Below, piece after piece: positions 10,294 to 19,546 of a DNA stretch of 64,000 nt. Below the pieces are notes generated by a model. It saw only the letters and a list, made by a program, of their open reading frames with translations, did not search any database and was not told where the DNA came from. Numbering within the stretch: the first letter of the stretch is position 1; every line of letters starts with the position of its first letter. The translations under genes and the position numbers were made by a program. This stretch comes from Planctomycetota bacterium (GTDB lineage Bacteria > Planctomycetota > PLA2 > JAEUHO01): the NCBI GenBank assembly GCA_965223505.1, contig CBDCWP010000007.1, forward strand, positions 66,640-130,639. Reading direction: 5' to 3'.

Positions 10294-12528
10294 ATGATGC
10301 GGTTTGGATCGAGCAAGCTCACGACGCTTGCGGTGCTTCTGTTGCTGGTGGCCGGATCGAGTTTCATGACGTCGTGCAGCGGCGGAGGCGTCGGGGCCAG
10401 GGAGATGGTGCTCATCGAATTCCTGATCGTGGACCGCAGCCTCAAGCCGGTCGCACCCACCGGTACCGAGAGCCTGCCCCGCAACGCACAGCTGATGATG
10501 GTGTTCTCCGAGCTGGTGAACCCCCAGACCGTGACCGACCAGACCATCCAGGTGCGATTCGGTCCGGCGTTCCAGAGCGTGCCGACCGGCTCCCTCAACG
10601 TGAATGCCAACACGGTCGTCTTCGATCCCACGGTCACGGCTCAGGGCGAGCCCAACCCGTTCGGATTCCTGCCGCTGACGCAATACCAGGTCGACATCCC
10701 GAACTTCGAGGAGCAGCAGCAGGTCGTCGAGAACGCGGACTTCGATCCCGTGACCACCACGTTCTTCACCACCTTCATCACGGCCAAGGGCTTCCTGCGC
10801 GAGCTCATTCCGCCGGAGGTGCTGAACGTCTTCTTCGTGCCGGATCCCGATCCGCTGACGAAGAACATCCCGGGGAACGGCTTGCTCGCCGTCGAGTTCA
10901 ACGAAGCGATGGATCCGAGCTCCTTCACGCTCGGCCCGTTCGGCGGTCCGGACCTGAACACGACCTTCGACGTGCGCTACACGAACGACACGATCAATGT
11001 CGACAACCTGATCAACTTCAACCCGATTCCCGGCACCTTCACGCACGACGCCGCGGCGAAGATCTTCTTCTTCAAGCCGCTGTTCTCGTTCGGCGAGAAG
11101 AAGTACGTCTTCACGCTGCAGCTCTTCCAGGGGCTTCAGGACCTGTCGGGCAACCTGCTGATCAACCCGCAGAGCTACGGCCCGTTCACCTGCGACGGCA
11201 ACGGCATCCCGTTGGGGCGGACGCTCATCGAGGACTTCAACACGACGAACGACCGCGACACCGGGCCGACCGACGCAGATTGGGGCTTGAACGAGCCCGG
11301 TGCGTTGAACGGCGCGCCGATCACGTCGCGGCAGGCGTACATGTACACGTACACGCTCACGACGGACCCCGACACGGGCCAGTCGAGCCGCGGACACGCG
11401 TACGGCGACTTCGACATGCTCACCGGCGCCGCGCTCAACCAGTTCAACACCAACGTCGTGCCGCCGACGTCCGAGGGTCGCCGGGTCATCTTCACCTACA
11501 GCGATACCGAGATCGGCGCCGACGGCGCGATCACGGCGGCGGCGTGGGGCCCGGACAGCAACCAGACGCGCGCCGCGTACTACCCGAACGTGATCCTGCG
11601 CGCGGGGTTCCAGGCCGACGACTCGCTCAGCATCGCGCCGAACTTCCTGGCGAACTACGAGGGCCTCGCGCCGACCGTGCTGTACGACGGCGACTACTCG
11701 GTGGCGCAGAACAGCAACATCGGCAATACGCCGGGCCACCCGTCGTTCCCGCACACGCCGCCGGACCAGGTGCCGCCGGGGTACTCGACGGGCGTCGGCG
11801 GTCCCGGCACAGTTTGTTGGCCGACCGGTGGTCAGCCGGATCTGTGGTGGAACCACGTCCTGTTCGACTTCACCGGTTGGTATCCCTGGCCGGAGTTCAC
11901 GTCGTTCTTCGAGTGGACGCAGGGCGATCCCGCGGTCGAGAACGATCGCGTCATGGTCTTCGACATCAGCTCGCAGGAGGGCGATACCTGGCAGACGGTG
12001 CGCACGTGGCAGGCGATCACGTTCCCGTGCTCGGGCGTTCTCATCGACGGCCACCCGACGCGCACGATGTGGGGCACCTACGAAGGCTCCGTGCCGAATC
12101 CGCCGGAGTGCCTCGCGTGCGTCAACCAGGTCATCAACCCGGACATCGTCGTCTGTGACATGTGTTTCACGGTCACGAAGCGGCGCAGCGTCGCGCAGTC
12201 GTTGTTCTACTACCCGGTCGGCGACCCGAATGTCGCCTTCGGTGGTGCGACGTACGGCGACACGAGCAACTACGGCACGCCGTTGCTGAGCCCGCAGGTT
12301 CAGGAGCCCGGCGTCCAGGCGATCATCGAGTTCCAGGGCGCGCAGATCGTCGACGACGACCGCAAGACGATCAACGCCGCCGGCCTGGCGACCGGATGGA
12401 CGCAGGACATCAACGACTGCGACGGCTTCCCCTGCATTCGCTGGCGCGTGACGTTGGTCTCCAACCTGGAGACCGGGGACCGCGCCCGGCTGGTGAACGT
12501 CATCATTCCGATCACGGACGACTTCTAA
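10294..12528 (+). CDS. Large secreted lipoprotein with Ig-like (SbsA/Big_5-type) domains
   Basis: Signal peptide ending MTSC; two Ig-like starts (MVFSELVNPQTV, VEFNEAMDPSSF); strong codon bias. Confidence 0.65.
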   Translation: MMRFGSSKLTTLAVLLLLVAGSSFMTSCSGGGVGAREMVLIEFLIVDRSLKPVAPTGTESLPRNAQLMMVFSELVNPQTVTDQTIQVRFGPAFQSVPTGSLNVNANTVVFDPTVTAQGEPNPFGFLPLTQYQVDIPNFEEQQQVVENADFDPVTTTFFTTFITAKGFLRELIPPEVLNVFFVPDPDPLTKNIPGNGLLAVEFNEAMDPSSFTLGPFGGPDLNTTFDVRYTNDTINVDNLINFNPIPGTFTHDAAAKIFFFKPLFSFGEKKYVFTLQLFQGLQDLSGNLLINPQSYGPFTCDGNGIPLGRTLIEDFNTTNDRDTGPTDADWGLNEPGALNGAPITSRQAYMYTYTLTTDPDTGQSSRGHAYGDFDMLTGAALNQFNTNVVPPTSEGRRVIFTYSDTEIGADGAITAAAWGPDSNQTRAAYYPNVILRAGFQADDSLSIAPNFLANYEGLAPTVLYDGDYSVAQNSNIGNTPGHPSFPHTPPDQVPPGYSTGVGGPGTVCWPTGGQPDLWWNHVLFDFTGWYPWPEFTSFFEWTQGDPAVENDRVMVFDISSQEGDTWQTVRTWQAITFPCSGVLIDGHPTRTMWGTYEGSVPNPPECLACVNQVINPDIVVCDMCFTVTKRRSVAQSLFYYPVGDPNVAFGGATYGDTSNYGTPLLSPQVQEPGVQAIIEFQGAQIVDDDRKTINAAGLATGWTQDINDCDGFPCIRWRVTLVSNLETGDRARLVNVIIPITDDF

Positions 12529-13273
12529 TCGAGACGCCGAGCGCTTCGTAGAACCGGACCGTACGTTCGAGCTTGTGCGCGATGCCGGCGTAGCGCGCGG
12601 CCAGCTCGTACAGCGTCTCCGGATCCGTGAAGAGATACCCGGCGAAGCTGTTGAAGTCGTTCTCGACGGTCGACATGGCGTACTCGTAGAGGAAGCCCTG
12701 CTTCAGCGTCCAGTGATTCGGGCGGATGTCGTCGAGGCCGCGGCGCACCGCCGCGTGGCTACTGGTCCCGTATCGGAAGCCGGCGATGTTCGCCGCCGCC
12801 CAATCGCGCGCGTCGAAACGCCCGCGGTGCGCGCGCAGCAGGACGCTCGAGAGCTCGGCGTGGAACAGGCGGCGCCATTGCCGTTCGCGGTCGGCCGGCG
12901 CAGCCCGCGGCTCGGCGACGTAGACCCGCCGGCGCGAGTTGGTGCCGCCCGCGCGAATGCCTGCAAACGTCAGGTCGCGCACGAGATAGATCCGTGTCAC
13001 GTGGGAGGCGACCAAGCCGGACGGGTAGCGCGCGATCGCACGCTCGACGGCGGCGCGGGCCTGCGCGCGGCGGTGCGGCGGCAAGGGCGTCGCGCGCGCG
13101 CGAATGCCCGGTCGCGACCACGCGCGCGGAAACATGTCGTCGTGCAGCACGGTGTGGACGCGCACCGTGGCGTCGCCGCTCGCGGATCCCGATACGCGTG
13201 GGGACGAGGCGCAGCCCCAAGCGGCCGCGGCGAACAGCAGCACGAACGATGTCACCGGGAGTCTCGCGCCCAT
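12512..13273 (-). CDS. Hypothetical lipoprotein
   Basis: Signal peptide ending AWGC; TACGAT 6 nt upstream of the ATG; globular C-terminal part (RLFHAELSS, YAMSTVENDFN). Confidence 0.6.
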   Translation of the reverse strand: MGARLPVTSFVLLFAAAAWGCASSPRVSGSASGDATVRVHTVLHDDMFPRAWSRPGIRARATPLPPHRRAQARAAVERAIARYPSGLVASHVTRIYLVRDLTFAGIRAGGTNSRRRVYVAEPRAAPADRERQWRRLFHAELSSVLLRAHRGRFDARDWAAANIAGFRYGTSSHAAVRRGLDDIRPNHWTLKQGFLYEYAMSTVENDFNSFAGYLFTDPETLYELAARYAGIAHKLERTVRFYEALGVSIRSRP

Positions 13274-13339
13274 GGCCGCATCGTAGCCCCCGGGAAGGGA
13301 GCGAAACGCGCTGGAGGCGGCGCGGTTTAGGATGTCACG

Positions 13340-15058
13340 GTGAGCCTTGGCAGCCTCGAGCGTCGAATCGTCCTGGCCGGAGCACTGCTGCTGCTTGCCG
13401 GCGGGCCCGCGCAGGCCGACGACGACGTGACCGCGGGCCTCCTGCATCCGCTCGAGGCGCACCGGCGTGCCGCCGAGCAGGCACTGGCGGAGCGCGACGA
13501 TGCCGGGCCGATCCTCGAGACGCTCATCGCGGCCGAGAACCCCCGTTTGCGCGCGACGGGCTGGCGCGTGATCGCGAAACGTGAGGCGGCCCGATTCACC
13601 GCGCGCGCGATCGAGTCGCTTTCCGACCCGTCGGCGTCCGTCGGGGTCGAGGCCGGCCGCGCGCTGTTGAAGATCCTGGCGTCCGAGACGCACTACACAG
13701 CGCCGCGCGTGCCTTCCGGCGAGCTCGACACGGCGGCGCGAACGGCGCTCGCGCACGGTCTGGCGGAGGTGCTCGAGGACGCGCCGGCGACGGAGCTGCC
13801 GACGGTCGTCTACCGGGTGGGGGACGGCGTCCTGCCGTGCCTGCACGAGATCGCAGGCGGCGCTCACTTTCGGACCGGCGCGCGCCGGTCGGCGCTCGAG
13901 CTGATCGCGCGCATCGGCGGCGAGGCGGCGCGTGAAGCGCTCGTCGATCTCGTCGAGCCCGATTGGGACGAGCTCACACCCGACGTCTTGCGCGCACTGA
14001 CGGAGGTCGGGTTCGGCGCGTACGGCGATCACCTGTACTGGACGCTGCGCGGTGGATCGGACACCGAGCTTCCCATCAGCTGGCGCGACTTTCTGCGTAT
14101 GCGCTTTCGTGAGCGCGGGATCGTGCTGCGCTGCATCGTGCATGCGCCGCCTCGCGACGCAGGTGGGTTGCGCGACCACCTGCGCGCATTGATCGAGCGA
14201 CGCCGCTACCACCCGAGCCGGCTGGTCGAGATCGTGCGGGCCCTGCTGGCGCTCGGTCCGCCGACCGACGACGACCTCGTGATGATCGTCGAAGCCGTCG
14301 GCTCCACGCGAAGCCGCCGGCATCCGCGTTCCGCGGAGATGGGCTACGCGCTGGCCGCGCTGCTGCCGTTCAAGGACCGCGTGGCGCTTCAGGACACCGC
14401 CCGCAGCCTGCTCGAGCGCAGGGACCTGCTGGACGAGTCGCGGTTTTGGCAGACGAGCCTGCCCGAAACGGTGGAGGCGTGGTGTCAGTTCTACATTCAC
14501 GGAACCGCCGACGAGCCGACCGCACGAGACGTGTGCGATATGGCGACACACCTCATCCGCGGCGACGGTGAGGTGCCGACGTACGCGAGCCGCCGTTTGG
14601 GCGTCCGGCTCTGGAGCGCGATGGCGAAGCATGCACAACCGTCGCGCGGCCTCGTCACCTCGCTGCTTCGCGACGACGACAGCTGGGTGCAGCGACATGC
14701 CTTGCGTTGGTTGGACCGGGTCGAGCCGGACGAGGCCTCGGCCGCGGTGTCGAACGGGCTGCGCGCCACGGAGATCGACAGCGTGCTCGCCGCCGCGGAG
14801 ACCGACGTGGTGCCGCTGAGCGCGGCGGTCCAGAGCCGGCTGTTGGCGCTCTCCGTCGAAGGCCATCGGTGGCAGCGGGCCCGCGCGTGGCGCGTGCTCC
14901 GCTCGTGCGTGGCGGACGCGGGCGACGACGCGGTGTCGGCGACGGCGCCCGTGACGCTCGACGAGCGCCTGCGCGCAGCAGCCGAGCTCTACGTCGCGCT
15001 GGATCTGGCGCTCTTGGAAGCTTCGGACGAGGGCTTGCGCAAACCGGCCGGACGGTGA
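13340..15058 (+). CDS. Hypothetical secreted helical/HEAT-like repeat protein
   Basis: 572 aa; signal peptide; HEAT-like segments (LSDPSASV, LLRDDDSWVQRHAL). Confidence 0.55.
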   Translation: MSLGSLERRIVLAGALLLLAGGPAQADDDVTAGLLHPLEAHRRAAEQALAERDDAGPILETLIAAENPRLRATGWRVIAKREAARFTARAIESLSDPSASVGVEAGRALLKILASETHYTAPRVPSGELDTAARTALAHGLAEVLEDAPATELPTVVYRVGDGVLPCLHEIAGGAHFRTGARRSALELIARIGGEAAREALVDLVEPDWDELTPDVLRALTEVGFGAYGDHLYWTLRGGSDTELPISWRDFLRMRFRERGIVLRCIVHAPPRDAGGLRDHLRALIERRRYHPSRLVEIVRALLALGPPTDDDLVMIVEAVGSTRSRRHPRSAEMGYALAALLPFKDRVALQDTARSLLERRDLLDESRFWQTSLPETVEAWCQFYIHGTADEPTARDVCDMATHLIRGDGEVPTYASRRLGVRLWSAMAKHAQPSRGLVTSLLRDDDSWVQRHALRWLDRVEPDEASAAVSNGLRATEIDSVLAAAETDVVPLSAAVQSRLLALSVEGHRWQRARAWRVLRSCVADAGDDAVSATAPVTLDERLRAAAELYVALDLALLEASDEGLRKPAGR

Positions 15059-15100
15059 GAATCCCTGGTCCGCGCCGCTGACGGCGCGCGAGGAGATTCC

Positions 15101-15316
15101 ATGGCTGGCAAGGGTGGTCACAAGCATCGACGCGTGAAGCTCAATCGGAAGCGCATGCGCGCGGTGCAGAAGGCCAAGGAGAACATTGCGCGGGTGCGCA
15201 AGCAGTTCGAGGACCGTGGCCAGGCGTGGGATCCGCAGAACAACTCCGCGCAGATGGCAGCGCTGTCGCACGAAGGCCGGCGCGTGCTCGCGCGGACCAC
15301 GTACGACCTGCTGTAG
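15101..15316 (+). CDS. Small basic hypothetical protein (71 aa)
   Basis: AGGAG SD 5 nt before the ATG; protein-like codon usage. Confidence 0.65.
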   Translation: MAGKGGHKHRRVKLNRKRMRAVQKAKENIARVRKQFEDRGQAWDPQNNSAQMAALSHEGRRVLARTTYDLL

Positions 15317-15694
15317 TCGTAGCGTCTTGCGGCTCTCGGGCCTGAATCAGGGCTCCGGGGCTGTTCGTCCGGCGTACGCCTAACGCTCTGTCGGCGCCGC
15401 CGACACAGGATCCTTTGTTCCCGGGCGCCCCGTGGCAGACTCTGCAACCCATGGGAGGGACCCCGGCCATCTCACGCGTTCACGCGCGCACCTGGAATTG
15501 GGTCGCGCTGCGTGGGTTGCGTAGCGACATGCACGTGATGGCGCGGCGCCTGGACCGCGTTGCGCGGCTGCTGCCACGAGACGATGCGCCCGACGCGGGG
15601 CACAGCCGCCGAGTGCGCGGCGACGTTCCCTTGCGCCTGCTTCCGTAGTTCAATCGAGAGCGTGGGCAAGCGGCATTTCGGTATCGGGCGCGAC

Positions 15695-16177
15695 ATGTTG
15701 GTGTCGCCGCTGCTGCTGGTGGGGATCGGCGTGGTCATCGTGCTGGCTCTTCTTGCTTCGACGCTGATGCTCTCGTCGACGCCGACCGGTCCGACATTCG
15801 ACGAGTCGATCGCGATGCTGCAGTCGATCGAGAAGCCGGAACGCGAGCGCGCCGTTCAGCGTCTTGTTGAGCTGCGCGACGTGGACGGGTTGATCGTGGC
15901 GCTGGGGCACGTCCATCGAAACGTGCGTGAGGGTGCGGCGACGGCGTTGGGCAGGCTCGGTCCCGACGCGGCGCCGGCGGTGCCGGCGTTGATCGAGGCG
16001 TTCGAGGATCCGGACGACTACGTGCGCTGGAAGGCGGCGGAGGCGTTGGGGGAGATCGGGCCGGCGGCGAAGGATGCGTTGCCGATGCTGGACGCGGCGG
16101 CGAACGCGAAGCAGATCGACGTGATCACGCAAGCGGCGGCGAGAAAGGCGGTGCAGCAGATTCGGGGGGGACGATGA
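15695..16177 (+). CDS. HEAT-repeat membrane-anchored protein
   Basis: N-terminal hydrophobic helix; HEAT repeats VREGAATALGRLGP and VRWKAAEALGEIGP. Confidence 0.7.
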   Translation: MLVSPLLLVGIGVVIVLALLASTLMLSSTPTGPTFDESIAMLQSIEKPERERAVQRLVELRDVDGLIVALGHVHRNVREGAATALGRLGPDAAPAVPALIEAFEDPDDYVRWKAAEALGEIGPAAKDALPMLDAAANAKQIDVITQAAARKAVQQIRGGR

Positions 16178-16524
16178 GCACGGCGTGCCCGGCTTGCGGA
16201 TTCCAGACCTTCGACGAGGGCAACTACGGAACCTTCGGGATCTGCGACGTTTGCGGCTGGGAGGACGACGGCGTGCAACTGGCGAATCCGGCCTGTTGGG
16301 GCGGCGCCAACGCCGCATCGTTGATCGAGGCGCAGGCGGCGGCGTTGGCGGAGCATCCGTTGACCAAGATGGAGCTCGATGGCGTTTCGCGCGATCCGTT
16401 GTGGCGGCCGCTGAACCCGGCGGAGATCGTGGCGGCAAAGGCGGAGCGCGAGGCGAAGTACTGGAAGAACAAGGCGGTCCTCGACATCAAGGACGCGTAC
16501 TGGATTCGTGGACAGGAGTGTTGA
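16174..16524 (+). CDS. CPCC-type cysteine-rich protein
   Basis: CPACG...ICDVCGWEDD...GGAN pattern; ATGA overlap with the HEAT gene. Confidence 0.75.
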   Translation: MSTACPACGFQTFDEGNYGTFGICDVCGWEDDGVQLANPACWGGANAASLIEAQAAALAEHPLTKMELDGVSRDPLWRPLNPAEIVAAKAEREAKYWKNKAVLDIKDAYWIRGQEC

Positions 16525-16595
16525 TGGGGCTCGGGCAGGCGGGCCGATAGCGCGGGACCTCGATCCCGCAAGCGCGATTCGCCCCCACTTCCCAC

Positions 16596-16620
16596 GGGCG
16601 ACCACGAGGGTCGCCTCTAC
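16596..16620 (-). repeat. Single GTAG-type REP element
   Basis: Minus strand reads GTAGAGGCGACCCTCGTGGTCGCCC, the same palindrome as in the 22051-22387 array. Confidence 0.75.
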
Positions 16621-16623
16621 GTT

Positions 16624-18180
16624 CTACTCGTTGGGACCGAACGACTTCTCGAGCGTTCCCTTGAAGCCCTGCAGCGCGCAGCGCTGCATGTAGAACCCGC
16701 ACCCGCGCAAGCCGCCCAGCTCCTCGCCGCCTCCCGCGCGACCGGGACCGCCGTGAATCATCGCCGGCAACACCATCCCCGGCGGCAACGACTGCTCCGC
16801 CATCTTGTCACTGCCGACCCACAGGCGCCCGTGCCACGGCGCCATCTCCAGCACCGCCTGCTCCTGCCACGACGGATCGTTCGCGTACACGCTGCTCACC
16901 AGTCCACCCTGGCCCAACGCGACGATTCGCGCGGCGTCGGCCGCGTCACCGCTGTACGGCAACACCGTCGCAACCGGACCGAACACCTCCTCCTCGTGGA
17001 AGACGTCCGCCCCCGCGTCGTTGGCCATCACCAACGTCGGCGCGACGAAGTACCCCCGGTCCGCGATCGGACCCGCGCCGCCCGTCACGATCGATCCCGC
17101 ACCCGCGAGCTTCTCGATCCCCGCCCGTACGTCGCGCAGCTGCGCCGCGCTCGCCAGCGGACCCATCGTCGTGTCCGCCGAAGACGGATCGCCCGTCGCA
17201 ATCGCCTCGAGCTCGGCGACGAGCTCGTCGCGGACCCCGTTCACACGGTCCTGCGGCACCAGGATGCGGCGCACGGCCGTGCACTTCTGCCCCGTCTTCT
17301 GCCGCATGTCGAGCACGACGTTCTTGATGAACAGTCGATACGTCTCGCTGTCCGGATCCACGTCCGGCGCGAGCACCGCCGCGTTCAGCGAGTCGGCCTC
17401 GACGTTGAACCGGACGCTGTTGCGCAGGATGTTCTCGTTCGACCGCAGCTTGAACGCCGTCCATGCCGACCCCGTGAAGGCCACGCTGTCCTGCGGGCCC
17501 AGACGATCGAGCAGATCTCCGGGCATCCCCGCGACGAACTGGAACGCGCCTTCCGGCAGGATGCCGCTCTCGATCGCGATCTGCGCGATCCGCCATGCGA
17601 CCAGCGCGGTGGGGGTGCCCGGCTTCTCGATGACCGGCACGCCCGCGAGCAACGCGCACGCCGCCTTCTCCATCATGTTCCATGCCGGAAAGTTGAACGC
17701 GTTGATGTGCACCGCCGCGCCGCGCAAGGGCGCCAGGATGTGCCGGCCCCAGAAACGCGCGGTGCGGCCGAGCTGGACGCCCTCGCCGTCCGTGAGGAAG
17801 TTGCGCTCTCCGACCGACTTCCCGAAGTAGGCGTAGGCCGCCAGCGTGCCCGTCGCGCCGTCGATGTCGAACTTCCCGTCCTTGCGCGTCGTCCCCGTAT
17901 TGCTGACGGACAGGTCCAGCAACTCCTCCCGATGCTCGAAGATCACGCCCGAGAGCGCCTTCAGCATCTCGCCCCGGGAAGCGAAGGTCATCGCGCGCAG
18001 CGCCGGGCTCCCGACGGTGTGCGCGTGGGCGAGCACCGCGCCCCAGTCGATGCCGTCCGTGTTGCACTCGGCCATCTGCTCTTCAGTCGTGGCGTTGTGA
18101 AGCGGCGTGGGCTCGCCGGTGCCCGTGTGCCACGTGCCGGCCACGTAGCTCGTCAACGTCTGTGTCATCGTGGTGCTCAT
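16624..18180 (-). CDS. Aldehyde dehydrogenase of the PaaZ-N / 3,4-dehydroadipyl-CoA semialdehyde dehydrogenase type
   Basis: HINAFNFPAW, FTGS, EADSLN, GQKCTAVRR and HGGPGRAGGGEELGG motifs; no MaoC domain. Confidence 0.8.
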   Translation of the reverse strand: MSTTMTQTLTSYVAGTWHTGTGEPTPLHNATTEEQMAECNTDGIDWGAVLAHAHTVGSPALRAMTFASRGEMLKALSGVIFEHREELLDLSVSNTGTTRKDGKFDIDGATGTLAAYAYFGKSVGERNFLTDGEGVQLGRTARFWGRHILAPLRGAAVHINAFNFPAWNMMEKAACALLAGVPVIEKPGTPTALVAWRIAQIAIESGILPEGAFQFVAGMPGDLLDRLGPQDSVAFTGSAWTAFKLRSNENILRNSVRFNVEADSLNAAVLAPDVDPDSETYRLFIKNVVLDMRQKTGQKCTAVRRILVPQDRVNGVRDELVAELEAIATGDPSSADTTMGPLASAAQLRDVRAGIEKLAGAGSIVTGGAGPIADRGYFVAPTLVMANDAGADVFHEEEVFGPVATVLPYSGDAADAARIVALGQGGLVSSVYANDPSWQEQAVLEMAPWHGRLWVGSDKMAEQSLPPGMVLPAMIHGGPGRAGGGEELGGLRGCGFYMQRCALQGFKGTLEKSFGPNE

Positions 18181-18275
18181 CCGGGAATCGCTCCGAGGTG
18201 GGGGGGCCTACTCTAGCGACCCCGGAGCCGCCGCCGCAGCCTTGGCCGACCCCGGGCGGACCTATGCTCGGGGTC

Positions 18276-19490
18276 GTGAACCGATCCGTCCTCCACGTCG
18301 ACATGGACGCCTTCTTCGCGTCGATCGAGCAGCGCGATCGGCCCGTGCTGCGGGGCCTGCCCGTGCTCGTCGGCGGCGACGGGCCGCGCGGCGTCGTTGC
18401 GACCGCGTCCTACGAGGCGCGCAAGTTCGGCTGTCACTCGGCGCAACCCATCGCCGTCGCCAAGCGTCTGTGTCCCGAGGCCGTGATCGTGCGCCCGCGC
18501 GGGGGCGCGTACCGCGAAGCCTCCGAGAAGGTGTTCGAGATCTTTCACGAGTTCACGCCCCTGGTGCAGCCACTCAGCGTGGACGAGGCGTTCCTCGACG
18601 TCAGCGGGTGCGAGCGGCTGCACGGCCCGCCGCTTCAGATCGCGCGCGCGATCCAACAGCGGATCGCCGAACGTGTCGCGCTCACGGCGTCCATCGGGGT
18701 CGCGCCCAACAAGTTCCTCGCCAAGCTCGGCTCGGAGCTCGACAAGCCCGCCGGCATCACCGTCATCGACGCGTCCAACGTCGACACGATCCTGCCGCCG
18801 CTCTCGATCCGGGCGATTCCCGGCATCGGCCCTGCCGCGGAGAAGCGTCTCGAAGCGCTGGGCATCCGCAAGATCGCGGACGTGCGACAGATGGGCAAGC
18901 GGCGGCTCGTCGAGCGCCTCGGCGACCACGGCGCGCGCTTGTTCGAGCTCGCGCACGGACGCGACGGGCGCGCCGTCGTTCCGGACCGGCGTGCGAAGAG
19001 CATCAGTCAGGAGTGCACGTTTCCCGTCGACGTGGCGGATCCGGAGAACGTCTGGGACGTGCTGCGCGCCCACGTGGAGTCCGTCGCCCGGCGCCTGCGC
19101 CGCAGCGGCGTCAAGGGCGCGACCGCGACCGTGAAGATTCGCTACGGCGCCTTCGAGACGATCACGCGTTCGCACACGCTCCCGGAGCCGACCGACGGCA
19201 CGCGAGAGCTCATGCTGGCGGCTCGGAGGCTGTTCCGAACGTGGGCGCGTCGCGGGTTCGAGCCGGTGCGCCTCATCGGTTTCGGGGTGTCGCACTTTCG
19301 ATCGGATCGCACCCGGCAGCTGGGGCTGTTTCCCGACGCGGTGCGCGAGCGCGACGGTCGCCTCGACCGGGCGCTGGACGACATCCAGGAGCGCTTCGGC
19401 GGCAGGGCGATCGGGCGCGGGACCCGCCGGCACTCGACGCGCCGGCTCGACGAGGGCGCCGAACGCGAGGTCGATCGACCCTCTTCGTAG
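18276..19490 (+). CDS. dinB: DNA polymerase IV (Y family)
   Basis: HVDMDAFF, ASYEARKFG and SVDEAFLD motifs; GTG 18276 chosen because TATGCT lies 7 nt upstream. Confidence 0.92.
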   Translation: MNRSVLHVDMDAFFASIEQRDRPVLRGLPVLVGGDGPRGVVATASYEARKFGCHSAQPIAVAKRLCPEAVIVRPRGGAYREASEKVFEIFHEFTPLVQPLSVDEAFLDVSGCERLHGPPLQIARAIQQRIAERVALTASIGVAPNKFLAKLGSELDKPAGITVIDASNVDTILPPLSIRAIPGIGPAAEKRLEALGIRKIADVRQMGKRRLVERLGDHGARLFELAHGRDGRAVVPDRRAKSISQECTFPVDVADPENVWDVLRAHVESVARRLRRSGVKGATATVKIRYGAFETITRSHTLPEPTDGTRELMLAARRLFRTWARRGFEPVRLIGFGVSHFRSDRTRQLGLFPDAVRERDGRLDRALDDIQERFGGRAIGRGTRRHSTRRLDEGAEREVDRPSS

Positions 19491-19546
19491 TTCGGCGGGT
19501 TCGGTGAGCGTTCGCCGTCGGTCTCCGCCCCAGGTACGCTCCCGGC

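Noticed and set aside
15451..15648. Possible 65-aa ORF in the intergenic gap
   Set aside because: No SD, atypical codon usage and no recognisable motif; it cannot be supported
16519..16560. Sec read-through at the Cys-TGA end of the CPCC protein
   Set aside because: No comparable hairpin follows, the downstream frame looks non-coding and runs into a REP and a convergent gene, and the domain is already complete
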